NCBI GenBank assembly: GCA_963845145.1 | Contig: CAWJQU010000008.1 | Coordinates: forward strand, 288,001-352,000 | DNA from: an uncultured delta proteobacterium | GTDB lineage: Bacteria > Desulfobacterota > Desulfobacteria > Desulfobacterales > QNYZ01 | Direction of reading: 5' to 3' | Length of the DNA stretch: 64,000 nt | Made by a program: the position numbers and the translations under genes | Notes under the pieces: generated by a model | Databases searched by the model: none | Told to the model about the DNA's origin: nothing | What the model saw: the letters and a program-made list of their open reading frames with translations, nothing else | In this document: piece by piece, positions 1 through 10,018 of the stretch | How the letters are laid out: each line of letters starts with the position of its first letter | How positions within the stretch are numbered: position 1 is the stretch's first letter

Positions 1-450
1 CCCCACCAGGACCTGTAGGACCATGTCGTTGCCGCCGATCTCACTGCTGCCCTTGCCGGTCTCAATCGATAGGATACTCTCCGGCGGACATGCATTTTTT
101 CCCTTCACCTTCGGGGCCACACTGTAGATCTGACGCCAGTGCCATGTCGCGCGAAGTGACTCAGACACGTAACTCAATGTATCCCCGTCACGTTCCTGGA
201 GCTTCATGCGGCCGCCGATGACGAAACTGGCCCGCCCGCTCTCCCAGATGTTGACATTCCCAAGCTTACCCACGTCGTCCCATGATGCGTTGAAGCGAAT
301 CTGAACATCCAGCGTCTCATCCGCCCCCTTTTTCGAAGCGGCTGGCCGGGCATTAAACCCCAGGGCCAAGAAGACCAAGGAGACAACAACGAGCGAGCGC
401 GCCGCTCGCCGACTCAACAAACTCAGTCGAAAACATTTGCACCGACACAT
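1..450 (-). CDS. Putative secreted protein, partial (runs off window start; not in ORF track)
   Basis: Hand translation from ATG at 450 is open to base 1: MCRCKCFRLSLLSRRAARSLVVVSLVFLALGFNARPAASKKG...; GGAGG RBS upstream; basic plus hydrophobic signal-like N-terminus. Confidence 0.6.
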   Translation of the reverse strand, partial: MCRCKCFRLSLLSRRAARSLVVVSLVFLALGFNARPAASKKGADETLDVQIRFNASWDDVGKLGNVNIWESGRASFVIGGRMKLQERDGDTLSYVSESLRATWHWRQIYSVAPKVKGKNACPPESILSIETGKGSSEIGGNDMVLQVLVG

Positions 451-586
451 TTGAAGCCCTCCGGTAGGCGTTGGCGAATCCATAGATACTGCGAGGCCGC
501 AATCGACCGAATTCGGTTTTTGCCCAACCTGATTTTAACGTCTCAGATCGATCATCGCCATTGGTAATGCTGATGAAAGTAGTCCC

Positions 587-2749
587 TTATTTAAACGGTA
601 TCTTTTTTTGGTCGGTACTCATTGACGTTTTTTTATACTTCCCGTTTATCCAGTTATCGAGATCCGAGCAATACCATTTTGAAAACCGTCGGTCCGAGGG
701 GCCGCCTGCAAGATTGGAGAAAACATCATTTGAACTCATGTCGGAAACGATTCTAAAAGTAGGGAAAAAAGTCGTGTTTCTGTCAGCACTTCTGTATATT
801 TGCCCCTGATGTATTGTTGCTCTGCTCCCAATCCCGACAATCGGTCCTTTATCAAATCCCATAAATTTTGGCAGTTTTCCGTCAAATAGAATATGCGTCA
901 TGGTGAAGGTTCTATTTTCGCCCCACGTTTGAGGTTCAATATTAATGGTTTCGTTAACGACCTTTTGAAAAATTTCATTCCTTGTTCGGCCGCCAAACCA
1001 GATGGATTGCTCGGCCAGCAGTATGCGATCAAAATTATCATAAAAGTCGATGAAGACACCGGTTTCGCCGGCCAGAAAATCGATAACGTTTTCTCCAACA
1101 CCGTTCTTGCCAAATACTTCCCGGTATAGCCCTTTATAAAATGCTTCAAAAAGAAAAGCGCCCTTGGATTCTTTGGTATATCTCAGGTCCCAGTTCTTTA
1201 AAATATCTCCCTGGGGTGTCTCGGGCAATAGCGGTCTCAGTATCTCCATAAACAAATTTGCTTCAAGGGAGTATACATCGAAATGCATCTTGTAAATATC
1301 TTCAAGGGTCATATTATCTGCGGGTTCAATAAGCTGATCGATTCGATCGGCGCGGTAGGTGCCCATTGGCATGTTTATCGGGTTTGCGAGGCCATATTCA
1401 TTTAGATTGTTATTGGCAGTTGAGAAATACCCTTTTTCAGGGTTGTAACAACGCGGCATCTCACTGAGATTGTAAAACCCTTGCCAGTCATTCTCTTTTT
1501 TCCAGCCCGGTAAGGGTACAAATCCGCTCACGCCTTCTCGTCGTTTGGGCGCAAGGCCGGACATTTGAAAACCGATATTGCCCTCACTATCAGAAAAAAC
1601 AAAATCCCATCCGGTTTCAACGGCCCCCAGAGCGTCCATCCCCTCTTCAACGGATTTCGCATCCCACATTTTCAAAAGAGAATTAAACGTTTTAGCACCG
1701 GAATCACCCGCTGCCCATTTTGTTGCCAGGTAGTAACCGTCTATCGTCGGATCTCCATCCAGAACACCGTGATCGTTTTCATAAAAGATAACTTCAACAG
1801 GTTCTTTTTTCTTCCGTTTGATTATCTCCTTTCTTCGATTGAATTCCAGCCATTGATCACCCTCTTCGCGATAATACTTACCACTTTCACATATCTCCAC
1901 CCAGGAATCGATGGCGTCTATAAAAGAATAAGTCGCTCCCCAACAAAGATCTCGATTTCTACCGGTTAGTATGCCGGGCATACCCGGCATGGATCCACCG
2001 ACAGTGAACTGGTCCTTTTGGTGTAGAACCATTTCACACCATACATTTGGAAGTCTGTCCACTTCCAGGTGTGGGTCGTTTGAAAGAATGGGTTTTCCAG
2101 AGGCCGTTTTTTTTCCTGAAACAACCCAGTTGTTAGATGCCATCATTCTTGGCAGTGGCAGCCTCCAACGCACACTGGCAGGGATAATTCTTTCAGAAAG
2201 CGTCACTTTATTTAATAGTTCAAAATCAACCCCCTCCAGGATTCCGGGAAAAAGTTCTTGGAGGTGTTCTTCTGAAACACCGCCTTGGACAAGTTCAATA
2301 AACAGACGTTCCACTTCTTCCTGAGATTGGACCAGGGTTAAATATCCAATCATTCTGGAAAGCATGATGATATCTGCCGGGCACCATGTTTCATGGCGAT
2401 ACCCCAGCAGTTTCAGCTCCCAGGGGATTTTTTTTACAAAAACGGCATTTGCGCCATCGCAATACGCGGCTAAGGCTTCCGAATCTTGTTCCGAGAGCAA
2501 TTCAAGCTGATCTTGAATATTTCCCGACCAATTTGCTTTGCGGAAGAATTTATCAACTGCAAGCAAATTGTCATTCGACGCCAGGATTTCCGAAGCTCTT
2601 CCCTGCCCCAAAATCCGCATCATCAACATCTGCATGCCGCGATCAGTCCCATGAGCATATCCCATGCCCCAATATAAATCGGTTGTCTTGTCCGCTTCAA
2701 TATGGGGTGTTCCGTTTTTGTCTCTCCAGATTTTTACGCCATTTTTCAT
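587..2749 (-). CDS. Penicillin acylase family Ntn-hydrolase (peptidase S45)
   Basis: N-terminal IWRDKNGTPHI..GMGYAHGTDR; nucleophile motif ASNNWVVSGKKTASGKPILSNDPHL; no signal peptide evident. Confidence 0.92.
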   Translation of the reverse strand: MKNGVKIWRDKNGTPHIEADKTTDLYWGMGYAHGTDRGMQMLMMRILGQGRASEILASNDNLLAVDKFFRKANWSGNIQDQLELLSEQDSEALAAYCDGANAVFVKKIPWELKLLGYRHETWCPADIIMLSRMIGYLTLVQSQEEVERLFIELVQGGVSEEHLQELFPGILEGVDFELLNKVTLSERIIPASVRWRLPLPRMMASNNWVVSGKKTASGKPILSNDPHLEVDRLPNVWCEMVLHQKDQFTVGGSMPGMPGILTGRNRDLCWGATYSFIDAIDSWVEICESGKYYREEGDQWLEFNRRKEIIKRKKKEPVEVIFYENDHGVLDGDPTIDGYYLATKWAAGDSGAKTFNSLLKMWDAKSVEEGMDALGAVETGWDFVFSDSEGNIGFQMSGLAPKRREGVSGFVPLPGWKKENDWQGFYNLSEMPRCYNPEKGYFSTANNNLNEYGLANPINMPMGTYRADRIDQLIEPADNMTLEDIYKMHFDVYSLEANLFMEILRPLLPETPQGDILKNWDLRYTKESKGAFLFEAFYKGLYREVFGKNGVGENVIDFLAGETGVFIDFYDNFDRILLAEQSIWFGGRTRNEIFQKVVNETINIEPQTWGENRTFTMTHILFDGKLPKFMGFDKGPIVGIGSRATIHQGQIYRSADRNTTFFPTFRIVSDMSSNDVFSNLAGGPSDRRFSKWYCSDLDNWINGKYKKTSMSTDQKKIPFK

Positions 2750-2840
2750 TTATGTTTCCCTTAAAGAACATCCCGGTTTAAAGCCATGTTGCTTTTACCC
2801 CGACCCCGAATTTGAGAAAGTTTTTTTAAAAATCCCCAAA

Positions 2841-3362
2841 TTATTTCAATTTAGCCGTTTCAAGGTACTGATTCACCCGTGTGATGATATTGAAAAACAT
2901 CTTCGACCCGGTCATTGAGGTGAAAAGATCGTCTTTATTGCCACAAATTTTAGCAAACTCGGGTCCGATGATTTGGGCAGGGTCCTGAAGATCGGTTTTT
3001 TTTGACAACGCATCCACATACATATCCAGGCGCTCTCTCAGGATTTGGAAATAATCGATATCCTGGCCAATCATCATTTCAGTTGTTTCGGACAGGCTTT
3101 GGGAAAATTCGTATATCGCTTTCCAATATATTTCGGAAAGCGGTTCTTTTACAGGATTGTTTTCCAGGTGGTAAGTGATGGCCCAGCCCACGCTGATTAT
3201 TTTCAGGATTGGAAGCTCGTATTCAACCTTGACGCGCTTGATGTCCGCCTCTTCCGGCAAAAGGGCCATGAGGTATCTTACATCTTCGCGCTCGATGGCG
3301 TAATTGAAAAAGTCCTCACCAGCCATTTCTATTTTTGATTTTTCCTCTTTAGCTTTAACCAT
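2841..3362 (-). CDS. Hypothetical protein
   Basis: 173 aa ORF; the diverged copy at 5171-5309 conserves both protein ends, supporting coding status. Confidence 0.75.
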   Translation of the reverse strand: MVKAKEEKSKIEMAGEDFFNYAIEREDVRYLMALLPEEADIKRVKVEYELPILKIISVGWAITYHLENNPVKEPLSEIYWKAIYEFSQSLSETTEMMIGQDIDYFQILRERLDMYVDALSKKTDLQDPAQIIGPEFAKICGNKDDLFTSMTGSKMFFNIITRVNQYLETAKLK

Positions 3363-3442
3363 GGTTTTTCTTTCAATATAAAAACTTTGCCTTCAGGGCT
3401 GGGACAATAGGGTAGATTTAGCCAATTTGGTATCTCCGGCGA

Positions 3443-4435
3443 TTATTCATTTGCAAATATTTCACGAAAGTCGTTTTTCATGCTCACCACCAGCCAATCG
3501 CGTGATTTGGCTTTTTTAAGCAACTTTTTTTTGTGGTACGCGTACTCTCTTTCGGTATCATCATGGTCCAGAATACATACCATACTGGGCAAACGGCTGT
3601 CCGCAGCCGCATCGAGCATGGCATAATCGCCCATGGAATTTCCAAAAGCGAAAATCGCCGGCAGTAGTGCACGTTCTCGCATTCTGACGACTTTCTCATT
3701 GTCTGCATTATACGGATCAAAATAAGATTTGTTCCTAACAAATACAGGGGGCGCATCTTCATCGAGGTTTGCCAGATCAAAGCCCACCATGGTCCCGATG
3801 ATCTGCTGGGGGGGGACCCCGATTCGATTTTGCGATATGCTCCGAATGAATTCCTGTTGTGACGTAGAAACCACATAGACGGTAAATCCATTATCCTGAA
3901 GATATTGAATCAACTCCAGCATGGGCAGGTAGAAAAGCGACGCGTAGGGGCGATTAAATCGTGGGTGTGTCTGGGTTTCCATAAATTGACGGCAGAAATC
4001 GATGTAAGACGACAGTGTTTCGCCGGCAAAAGCTTCAGCAATCACATCCTTTACATGCTTATAGAGAAAATCCTTATCTTCGTTAAGGATGGCGCTGTAA
4101 ATCGGCTGGTCGGCCAAAGCGGGATTGGCCCTTACCTTTTCAAGCAACTTATGCTCAGAAAGCACCACTTCGATATAATTTGGTTTTTCGCATAAAAGCG
4201 TGCCGTCCATATCAAAAAATGCACGCCTTTGGTTTTCCGGAACAAAATTAGCAGAGCCTTGGGTGGTCACATCTTTAACAAAGGAGGTAATTTTCGTTTT
4301 AGCGGTGCCTTCCTGCCAGGATTTGAGAATAGCCCCGGAGAGCTGAACGTGACGGTTATCGGTTGTTTGGATTTGAAATGGGGAGCAGCTTAAAAAGATA
4401 CATGCAGATAATAGGAAAATGGTAACTCGTCTCAT
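3443..4435 (-). CDS. HAD-family hydrolase / nonspecific acid phosphatase, lipoprotein
   Basis: FFDMDGTL motif I; FGNSMGD motif; lipobox-like FLSC after hydrophobic signal. Confidence 0.85.
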   Translation of the reverse strand: MRRVTIFLLSACIFLSCSPFQIQTTDNRHVQLSGAILKSWQEGTAKTKITSFVKDVTTQGSANFVPENQRRAFFDMDGTLLCEKPNYIEVVLSEHKLLEKVRANPALADQPIYSAILNEDKDFLYKHVKDVIAEAFAGETLSSYIDFCRQFMETQTHPRFNRPYASLFYLPMLELIQYLQDNGFTVYVVSTSQQEFIRSISQNRIGVPPQQIIGTMVGFDLANLDEDAPPVFVRNKSYFDPYNADNEKVVRMRERALLPAIFAFGNSMGDYAMLDAAADSRLPSMVCILDHDDTEREYAYHKKKLLKKAKSRDWLVVSMKNDFREIFANE

Positions 4436-4740
4436 AATTATTGTTCCTCTTTCTTTAAAACGACGGTTTAATGTTTGTGAAAATCCGTTTATCTATCTGG
4501 ATGGGTAGATGTTACAACATCGTTCAATATCGCCCGTAAGCTACTGCAAAATATTATTAACAAACCTTAGCGTGATCGGTTCTTTCTAGGTTTCTATATA
4601 AAATACGTGGTCCTTGACACACTGACCACCGAGCAATTTTTGATTGGTATTGTCATGCTAAACGTGCCAAATTGGGAATTGTATATAAAGATTAATTTTA
4701 ATAATCAATATGTTATATTCGGAAAAGGCCTAAGCCCCCG

Positions 4741-5127
4741 TTAACCATTTTCGTTATTCCATGCCTCGATCGCCTCCTTGGCAGCTCTAAAAGCATCAAT
4801 TCCCGCCGGGACCCCGCAATAAACCGCAGATTGAAGCAACACCTCTTGAATTTCCTCTTCGGTACAGCCGTTACGCAAAGCTCCCCGAACATGGGTTTTT
4901 AATTCCGCCGGGGCTTTTAGGGCCGCTAAAGTTGCTATTGTGATTAGGCTACGCGTTTTCCTGGGAATGACCTCACGGGTCCATATTTCACCCCAGCAAT
5001 TTTCCGTTACCAGGTCCTGCATGGGCTTGTTGAATTTCGTAGTTGAATTTTTTGTTTTATCGACGTACTCGTCGCCGAGCACTTCCCGCCGTACCAACAT
5101 TCCTTTTTTGTATTTCTCGCTGCTCAT
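4741..5127 (-). CDS. Carboxymuconolactone decarboxylase family protein (PcaC-like)
   Basis: GMLVRREVLGDEYV, WGEIWTR, ELKTHVRGALRNG, AVYCGVPA. Confidence 0.9.
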   Translation of the reverse strand: MSSEKYKKGMLVRREVLGDEYVDKTKNSTTKFNKPMQDLVTENCWGEIWTREVIPRKTRSLITIATLAALKAPAELKTHVRGALRNGCTEEEIQEVLLQSAVYCGVPAGIDAFRAAKEAIEAWNNENG

Positions 5128-5170
5128 GATGATTCACTCCATTTTTTGATATACTTTTTAGATTCTCTGA

Positions 5171-5309
5171 TTATTTCAACTTGGCCTTTTCAAGGTACTG
5201 ATTAACCCGCGGGATAATATTAGAAAACATCTTCGCGTTCGATGGCGAAATTGAAAAAGTCCTCGCCCGCCAGCTCTATATTCGATTTTTTCTTTTTGGT
5301 GGTCACCAT
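5171..5309 (-). pseudogene. Internally deleted paralog of the 2841-3362 gene
   Basis: 5' part encodes MVTTKKKKSNIELAGEDFFNFAIEREDV and 3' part KMFSNIIPRVNQYLEKAKLK*; they are joined at ACATCTTCG, which occurs twice in the intact copy. Confidence 0.9.
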
Positions 5310-5610
5310 GGCGCTTTTCCAGTATTGATAACCTTGTTCCCATGGTCTGGGGTTGAGGTTTCTATTATTACGTTATCTTTTAATTATCAATGTGTTATTT
5401 TGGTCTAAAATCCTTTGATTCCCTGGCAATAAACGCTTTCAAGCGATTGTTAACCGCTCGCAACACCCATTTTTCATTGAAGATGATGCGGCTGATTCGA
5501 AACCCAAATAAACCATTTCAACCTTTTCTGAACGTGCGTGCTAATCATTGCCCGGCGCATGATATAGTGATAGGGAAAGATTCTTTTTTACGCTACTGAA
5601 ATGAGATAAT

Positions 5611-6495
5611 ATGGAAAAAGATGAAGCCGTCAAAGCCTATGCTGCCTGGGCTGCGGTCTGTTTTTTCTGGGGCACCACCTATCTTGGTATCCGCATTGGT
5701 GTTCAGCATCTACCGCCGGCGCTCTTTGCGGGAATACGCTGGCTCGTGTCCGGCCTGATTTTCCTGATTTTCCTCAAGTTGAAGGGTGTACCCTGGCCCA
5801 ACCTGCGCGAAATCGCCAACATGGCCGTGGTGGGAATCTGCCTTCTGGTGGTGGCCAACGGCACCGTCGTGTGGGCCGAACAGTGGGTGCCCAGTGGCCT
5901 TGCCGCCCTCATCGTCTCCACACTGCCCATCTGGATGGCAGGGATCGAATCGCTTCTGCCTACGGGAACCCGGCTCACAGTCCGGAAGGTATTGGGCATT
6001 TTCATCGGTTTTTTGGGGATTGTCGTTCTCTTTTATCCGGATTTGAGACAATCCATGGACAGTGCCTACTTAAAAGGTATTATCGCCCTCTTCCTTGCCC
6101 CATGTGCCTGGGCCTCAGGGTCGCTCTTTTCCAAGTACAACCCCATCTCCTGCGATATCATGATGTCTGCCGCTATGCAGATGCTCATTGCCGGGATTAT
6201 TTTCATTATCATTGGACTGGGCCTGGGCGAAGCCGGCCGGTTTCATCCCAATCTACCAGGCATGGGAGCCATTGCCTATCTCGTCGTATTCGGATCACTC
6301 ATCGGATACGGTTCCTACATCTACGCCCTGGCTAAGCTACCGGCCGCTAAGGTGGCGCTCTTTGCCTACATTAATCCTGTGATCGCCGTTCTCCTGGGAT
6401 GGCTGATTTTAGATGAGCGATTGGACATTTATGTGGCCGTCGCCACAGTCCTGGTGCTGTCCGGGGTTCTTTTGGTTAAATCCTCAAGGACTTGA
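5611..6495 (+). CDS. EamA/DMT family transporter
   Basis: FWGTTYLGIR, VPSGLAALI, AYINPVIAVLLG; about 10 hydrophobic segments. Confidence 0.92.
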   Translation: MEKDEAVKAYAAWAAVCFFWGTTYLGIRIGVQHLPPALFAGIRWLVSGLIFLIFLKLKGVPWPNLREIANMAVVGICLLVVANGTVVWAEQWVPSGLAALIVSTLPIWMAGIESLLPTGTRLTVRKVLGIFIGFLGIVVLFYPDLRQSMDSAYLKGIIALFLAPCAWASGSLFSKYNPISCDIMMSAAMQMLIAGIIFIIIGLGLGEAGRFHPNLPGMGAIAYLVVFGSLIGYGSYIYALAKLPAAKVALFAYINPVIAVLLGWLILDERLDIYVAVATVLVLSGVLLVKSSRT

Positions 6496-6598
6496 CCTTA
6501 TGGAAATGACGCGTATTTTTCGATTTATGATATATATTTTATAATGGTAAACTTGGCTGATTGTTGGAAAAATCCAGAGAAGGGAAAGGAATTATAGA

Positions 6599-6982
6599 AT
6601 GGTTAAAAAAGATGTCATCGATAATAAAGCCAAAGATTCCGTTGCAGCCTTTGAACCTGTTGAAGAAAGGGTGGCCAAAGGCAAGGCGCCGGTCCTCATT
6701 GAAATAATCTGTGAACGGGTACATTGTGTGATGTATGATTATGCCATCAATGCCGTGGACATGGTTGCAGAAACCTTTGGAGATCAAATTGAGATTCAGA
6801 CGGTTGTGCGGCGGGAAGGGGTAAAAAATGCCATGCGGTATTTGAACTTGTGCAAAAAAGCGGGGAAATTACTTTCTGTTCCCACCATCCTTATTAACGG
6901 GGATGTTCATTTTACGTCGGTTCCTCTTCCCGATGAATTGACAGCCGCTATACAATCAGTTCTAGAAAAGAAAAATGGTTGA
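6599..6982 (+). CDS. Thioredoxin-fold protein
   Basis: beta-strand VLIEII followed by HCVMY at the CxxC position; cis-Pro motif SVPTILING. Confidence 0.65.
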   Translation: MVKKDVIDNKAKDSVAAFEPVEERVAKGKAPVLIEIICERVHCVMYDYAINAVDMVAETFGDQIEIQTVVRREGVKNAMRYLNLCKKAGKLLSVPTILINGDVHFTSVPLPDELTAAIQSVLEKKNG

Positions 6983-7046
6983 GATGATATAAACCCAGAA
7001 GGTCATCAAAGGTCTGTGTGGCAACCACTGCACGAGGATTCTTGGG

Positions 7047-9428
7047 CTATTTCTTTTTGATGGCTTTATATGATTTCATCCTTTTTGCCTTTGTAGTCTT
7101 TTTGCCTTTGTATTTTTTTTTCGGGTGAGGCTTCTTTTTTCGAGGTCTTTTAGAAAAACCATTGCTACCACTCATGGGCAGTACAAAATCAATTTTACGC
7201 TCATCCAGATTAACGCGGGCCACGACGATTTCGATTGGGTCTCCCAGTCGATAGATTTTGCCCGAGTTTTCACCTTTCATCATGTGCTTTGCAGCATCAA
7301 AGTGGTAATAGTCGTTTTTAAGTGCCGTGATGTGCACCAGACCTTCAACATAGATATCGTTGAGTTCTACAAAAAGCCCGAAACTTGTTACCGTGGAAAT
7401 AATCCCGGAGAATTTTTCTCCGACTTTGTCCTGCATGTATTCCGCTTCTAACCACGAAATAACGTCACGACTAGCATCATCGGCACGTTGTTCGCACATG
7501 GAACAATGCTCGCCTAGTGCTTTCATATCGGCGTAGTCGTAGTGGTAGCTTTTACTTGGTGCGTTTTCGTCGGTATTTTTTGGGGCGTTTCGAACAGTAC
7601 GTTGTAAAAGCCTACTTTTTTTGCCGTGGGGTTCCGTTGTAAGTGCAAGGACATGACGTATTGCACGGTGGGCCAACAAGTCGGGGTAACGACGAATAGG
7701 CGATGTGAAATGGGCATAATCCTGTCGTGACAAACCAAAATGATGTGTTTTTTCCGGATGCTTAGGATCAACAGGCGCATATATTGCGCGGCTAATGGAG
7801 CGCAACATCACTGTTTGAATTAAATGTGCATCGGGTCGCTCTTTGACACTGTCCAATAAGGTTGCATAATCTTTTGATTGGGGCTTACCGCCTCCACCAA
7901 GCGATAAGCCCAATCCACCTAAAAATTCACGTAACCCGGTTAGTTTTTCGGTTTTTGGCCCATCATGTACTCGATGCAACGCCGGCATCTTGTGTTTCTT
8001 CAGAAAACGCGCCGCACACATATTGGCTGTCACCATACATTCTTCAATCAGCTTATGTGCATCGTTTCGTATGGTAGGCCGGATGCTTTCAATCTTGCGA
8101 TTTTCGCTAAAAATTATTCTGGTTTCGCTCTTTTCAAAATCGATCGAACCACGTTTAGTACGTGCTTTTCGCAATACATGGTAAAGCTTGTAAAGATCAT
8201 CCAGGTGGACAACGATGTCAGCATGTTCTTTACGTAAATCGGCATCGTTATCGACAATGATAGCAGCCATTTTGGTATAGGTTAGACGTGCCGCAGAATG
8301 CATTATTGCATTCATGAATTGGTAATCGATAACCTCTCCCGCGGGGTCAATCGTGGCTTCACAAGCCATACATAAACGATCAACCGCAGGATTTAGGGAA
8401 CACAATCCATTGGATATTTTTTCCGGAAGCATGGGAATAACATCTGCAGGGAAATACACAGAAGTTCCTCGGTTCCAGGCTTCTTGGTCAAGTGCGCTGC
8501 CAATAGGCACATAATGAGATACATCAGCGATGGCTACGGTAAGTTTCCAGTTGCCTTTCTTGTCTTGTTCACAATAAACCGCATCATCAAAATCACGGGA
8601 ATCTTCTCCGTCTATGGTAACGAGCGGCATCTTGCGAAGATCAACACGGTTTTTCTTGTCTTCTTCTAATACTTCATCGTTTAACGCTTGGCTTTCCGTG
8701 ATGGTATCGTCTGGCCACGTATGCGGTAAATCATGCGAGCGTAGCGCAATGTCGATTTCCATACCCGGTGCCATATGATCGCCTAATGTTTCGATTACTT
8801 TACCAATCGGTTGATGCCGTTCGGTAGGGTATTCAATAATCCGTGCGACGACAATTTGTCCGTTTTCGGCATCACCACCGTTTCCCACTGGAATAAGAAT
8901 ATTCCGGGCCATTCTTGAATTATCCGGAGTGACAAAACCCACGCCCCTTTCGACGAAATAGCGCCCCACAACCGATTCTGTCTTGCGCTCCAGAATTTCT
9001 ACGATCGCACCTTCACGTCGCCCCTTGCGATCAAAGCCGGTTATGCTGCATAATACACGATCGCCATGCAACACCTTGCGCATTTGTTTGGCGTGCAAAT
9101 ATAGATCATCGCTGCCATCATCGGGAATCAAAAACCCGAAGCCATCCGGGTGTCCTTGTACTCGACCTGCAATCAAGTGTGCCTTGACAACGGGGACGTA
9201 TTTATTACTGCGATTAAACAAAATTTGGCCATCACGTTCCATCGCCCGTAAGCGATATTTCATCGAGCTGAGATCTTTTGGTTCGCTTATACCAAGTTTG
9301 TGGGCGAGTTTACGAAAACCTATCGGTCTTCCATTTTTTTCCATTGTTTCGAGCATTAGCTCACGACTGGGAATGGGTCGGCCGTATTTCTTAGCTTCAC
9401 GTTTGTAATGGGGGTCTTTATATTTCAA
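7047..9428 (-). CDS. rnr: Ribonuclease R
   Basis: TIDGEDSRDFDDA catalytic motif, HFTSPIRRYPDL, S1 domain, Lys-rich tail; TTG start. Confidence 0.96.
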   Translation of the reverse strand: MKYKDPHYKREAKKYGRPIPSRELMLETMEKNGRPIGFRKLAHKLGISEPKDLSSMKYRLRAMERDGQILFNRSNKYVPVVKAHLIAGRVQGHPDGFGFLIPDDGSDDLYLHAKQMRKVLHGDRVLCSITGFDRKGRREGAIVEILERKTESVVGRYFVERGVGFVTPDNSRMARNILIPVGNGGDAENGQIVVARIIEYPTERHQPIGKVIETLGDHMAPGMEIDIALRSHDLPHTWPDDTITESQALNDEVLEEDKKNRVDLRKMPLVTIDGEDSRDFDDAVYCEQDKKGNWKLTVAIADVSHYVPIGSALDQEAWNRGTSVYFPADVIPMLPEKISNGLCSLNPAVDRLCMACEATIDPAGEVIDYQFMNAIMHSAARLTYTKMAAIIVDNDADLRKEHADIVVHLDDLYKLYHVLRKARTKRGSIDFEKSETRIIFSENRKIESIRPTIRNDAHKLIEECMVTANMCAARFLKKHKMPALHRVHDGPKTEKLTGLREFLGGLGLSLGGGGKPQSKDYATLLDSVKERPDAHLIQTVMLRSISRAIYAPVDPKHPEKTHHFGLSRQDYAHFTSPIRRYPDLLAHRAIRHVLALTTEPHGKKSRLLQRTVRNAPKNTDENAPSKSYHYDYADMKALGEHCSMCEQRADDASRDVISWLEAEYMQDKVGEKFSGIISTVTSFGLFVELNDIYVEGLVHITALKNDYYHFDAAKHMMKGENSGKIYRLGDPIEIVVARVNLDERKIDFVLPMSGSNGFSKRPRKKKPHPKKKYKGKKTTKAKRMKSYKAIKKK

Positions 9429-9479
9429 TGTGGTTTACCTTATTGTTGTTCGTTTAGTTGTTTATTATTAATGGAGCAT

Positions 9480-9956
9480 TCACGGGTACATGCTTTCTTC
9501 CACCATTCTCCATCTATCCACTGTTTTTAAGTTTTTATTACGATGATAAGTCAAAGCCAAGGCAATGCAGGTTTTTAATTCTTTAACCGGAATCTCATCA
9601 TCCATATTAAAAACAATAGCCCGATTTTTTTCATATTTGAATTTCTTTGGATATTTTTCTCTAAACGCAACAACCAGATTCGCCGTGCATTTAAAATACA
9701 TGGCATATTGTTTTGCTTGCGCCTTTTTCCAATCAATCCTTACAGTGCTTCCGCTTTTTGTTTTCGGCGTCAAATAGCTTGGCTCGCCCCACTTAAGGGT
9801 TTCCTCTATTTCCCCAACCGCTTCAATCGAAGCCGCTGTTTCTAATATCAATTCGCGAAGGAACATTAATTTGGTTCTTATTTCTTTGGGATAGGATTCA
9901 AAAACCGCAGCAACGTCAATATTGGTTATTTTGTCTGAAATATTCGTGTCTTTCAT
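9480..9956 (-). CDS. DUF1801 (YdhG-like) family protein
   Basis: IEETLKWGEPSY, GSTVRIDWK, CIALALTYH. Confidence 0.8.
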   Translation of the reverse strand: MKDTNISDKITNIDVAAVFESYPKEIRTKLMFLRELILETAASIEAVGEIEETLKWGEPSYLTPKTKSGSTVRIDWKKAQAKQYAMYFKCTANLVVAFREKYPKKFKYEKNRAIVFNMDDEIPVKELKTCIALALTYHRNKNLKTVDRWRMVEESMYP

Positions 9957-10018
9957 TATTAATTATCGATTGTGAATATAAATTTTTAAGATGTGACGCT
10001 CATCTTTTCTGAACCGAT

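Noticed and set aside
4655..4672. Sigma54-like TTGGCACG box upstream of the HAD gene
   Set aside because: GG-to-GC spacing is 8, not 10
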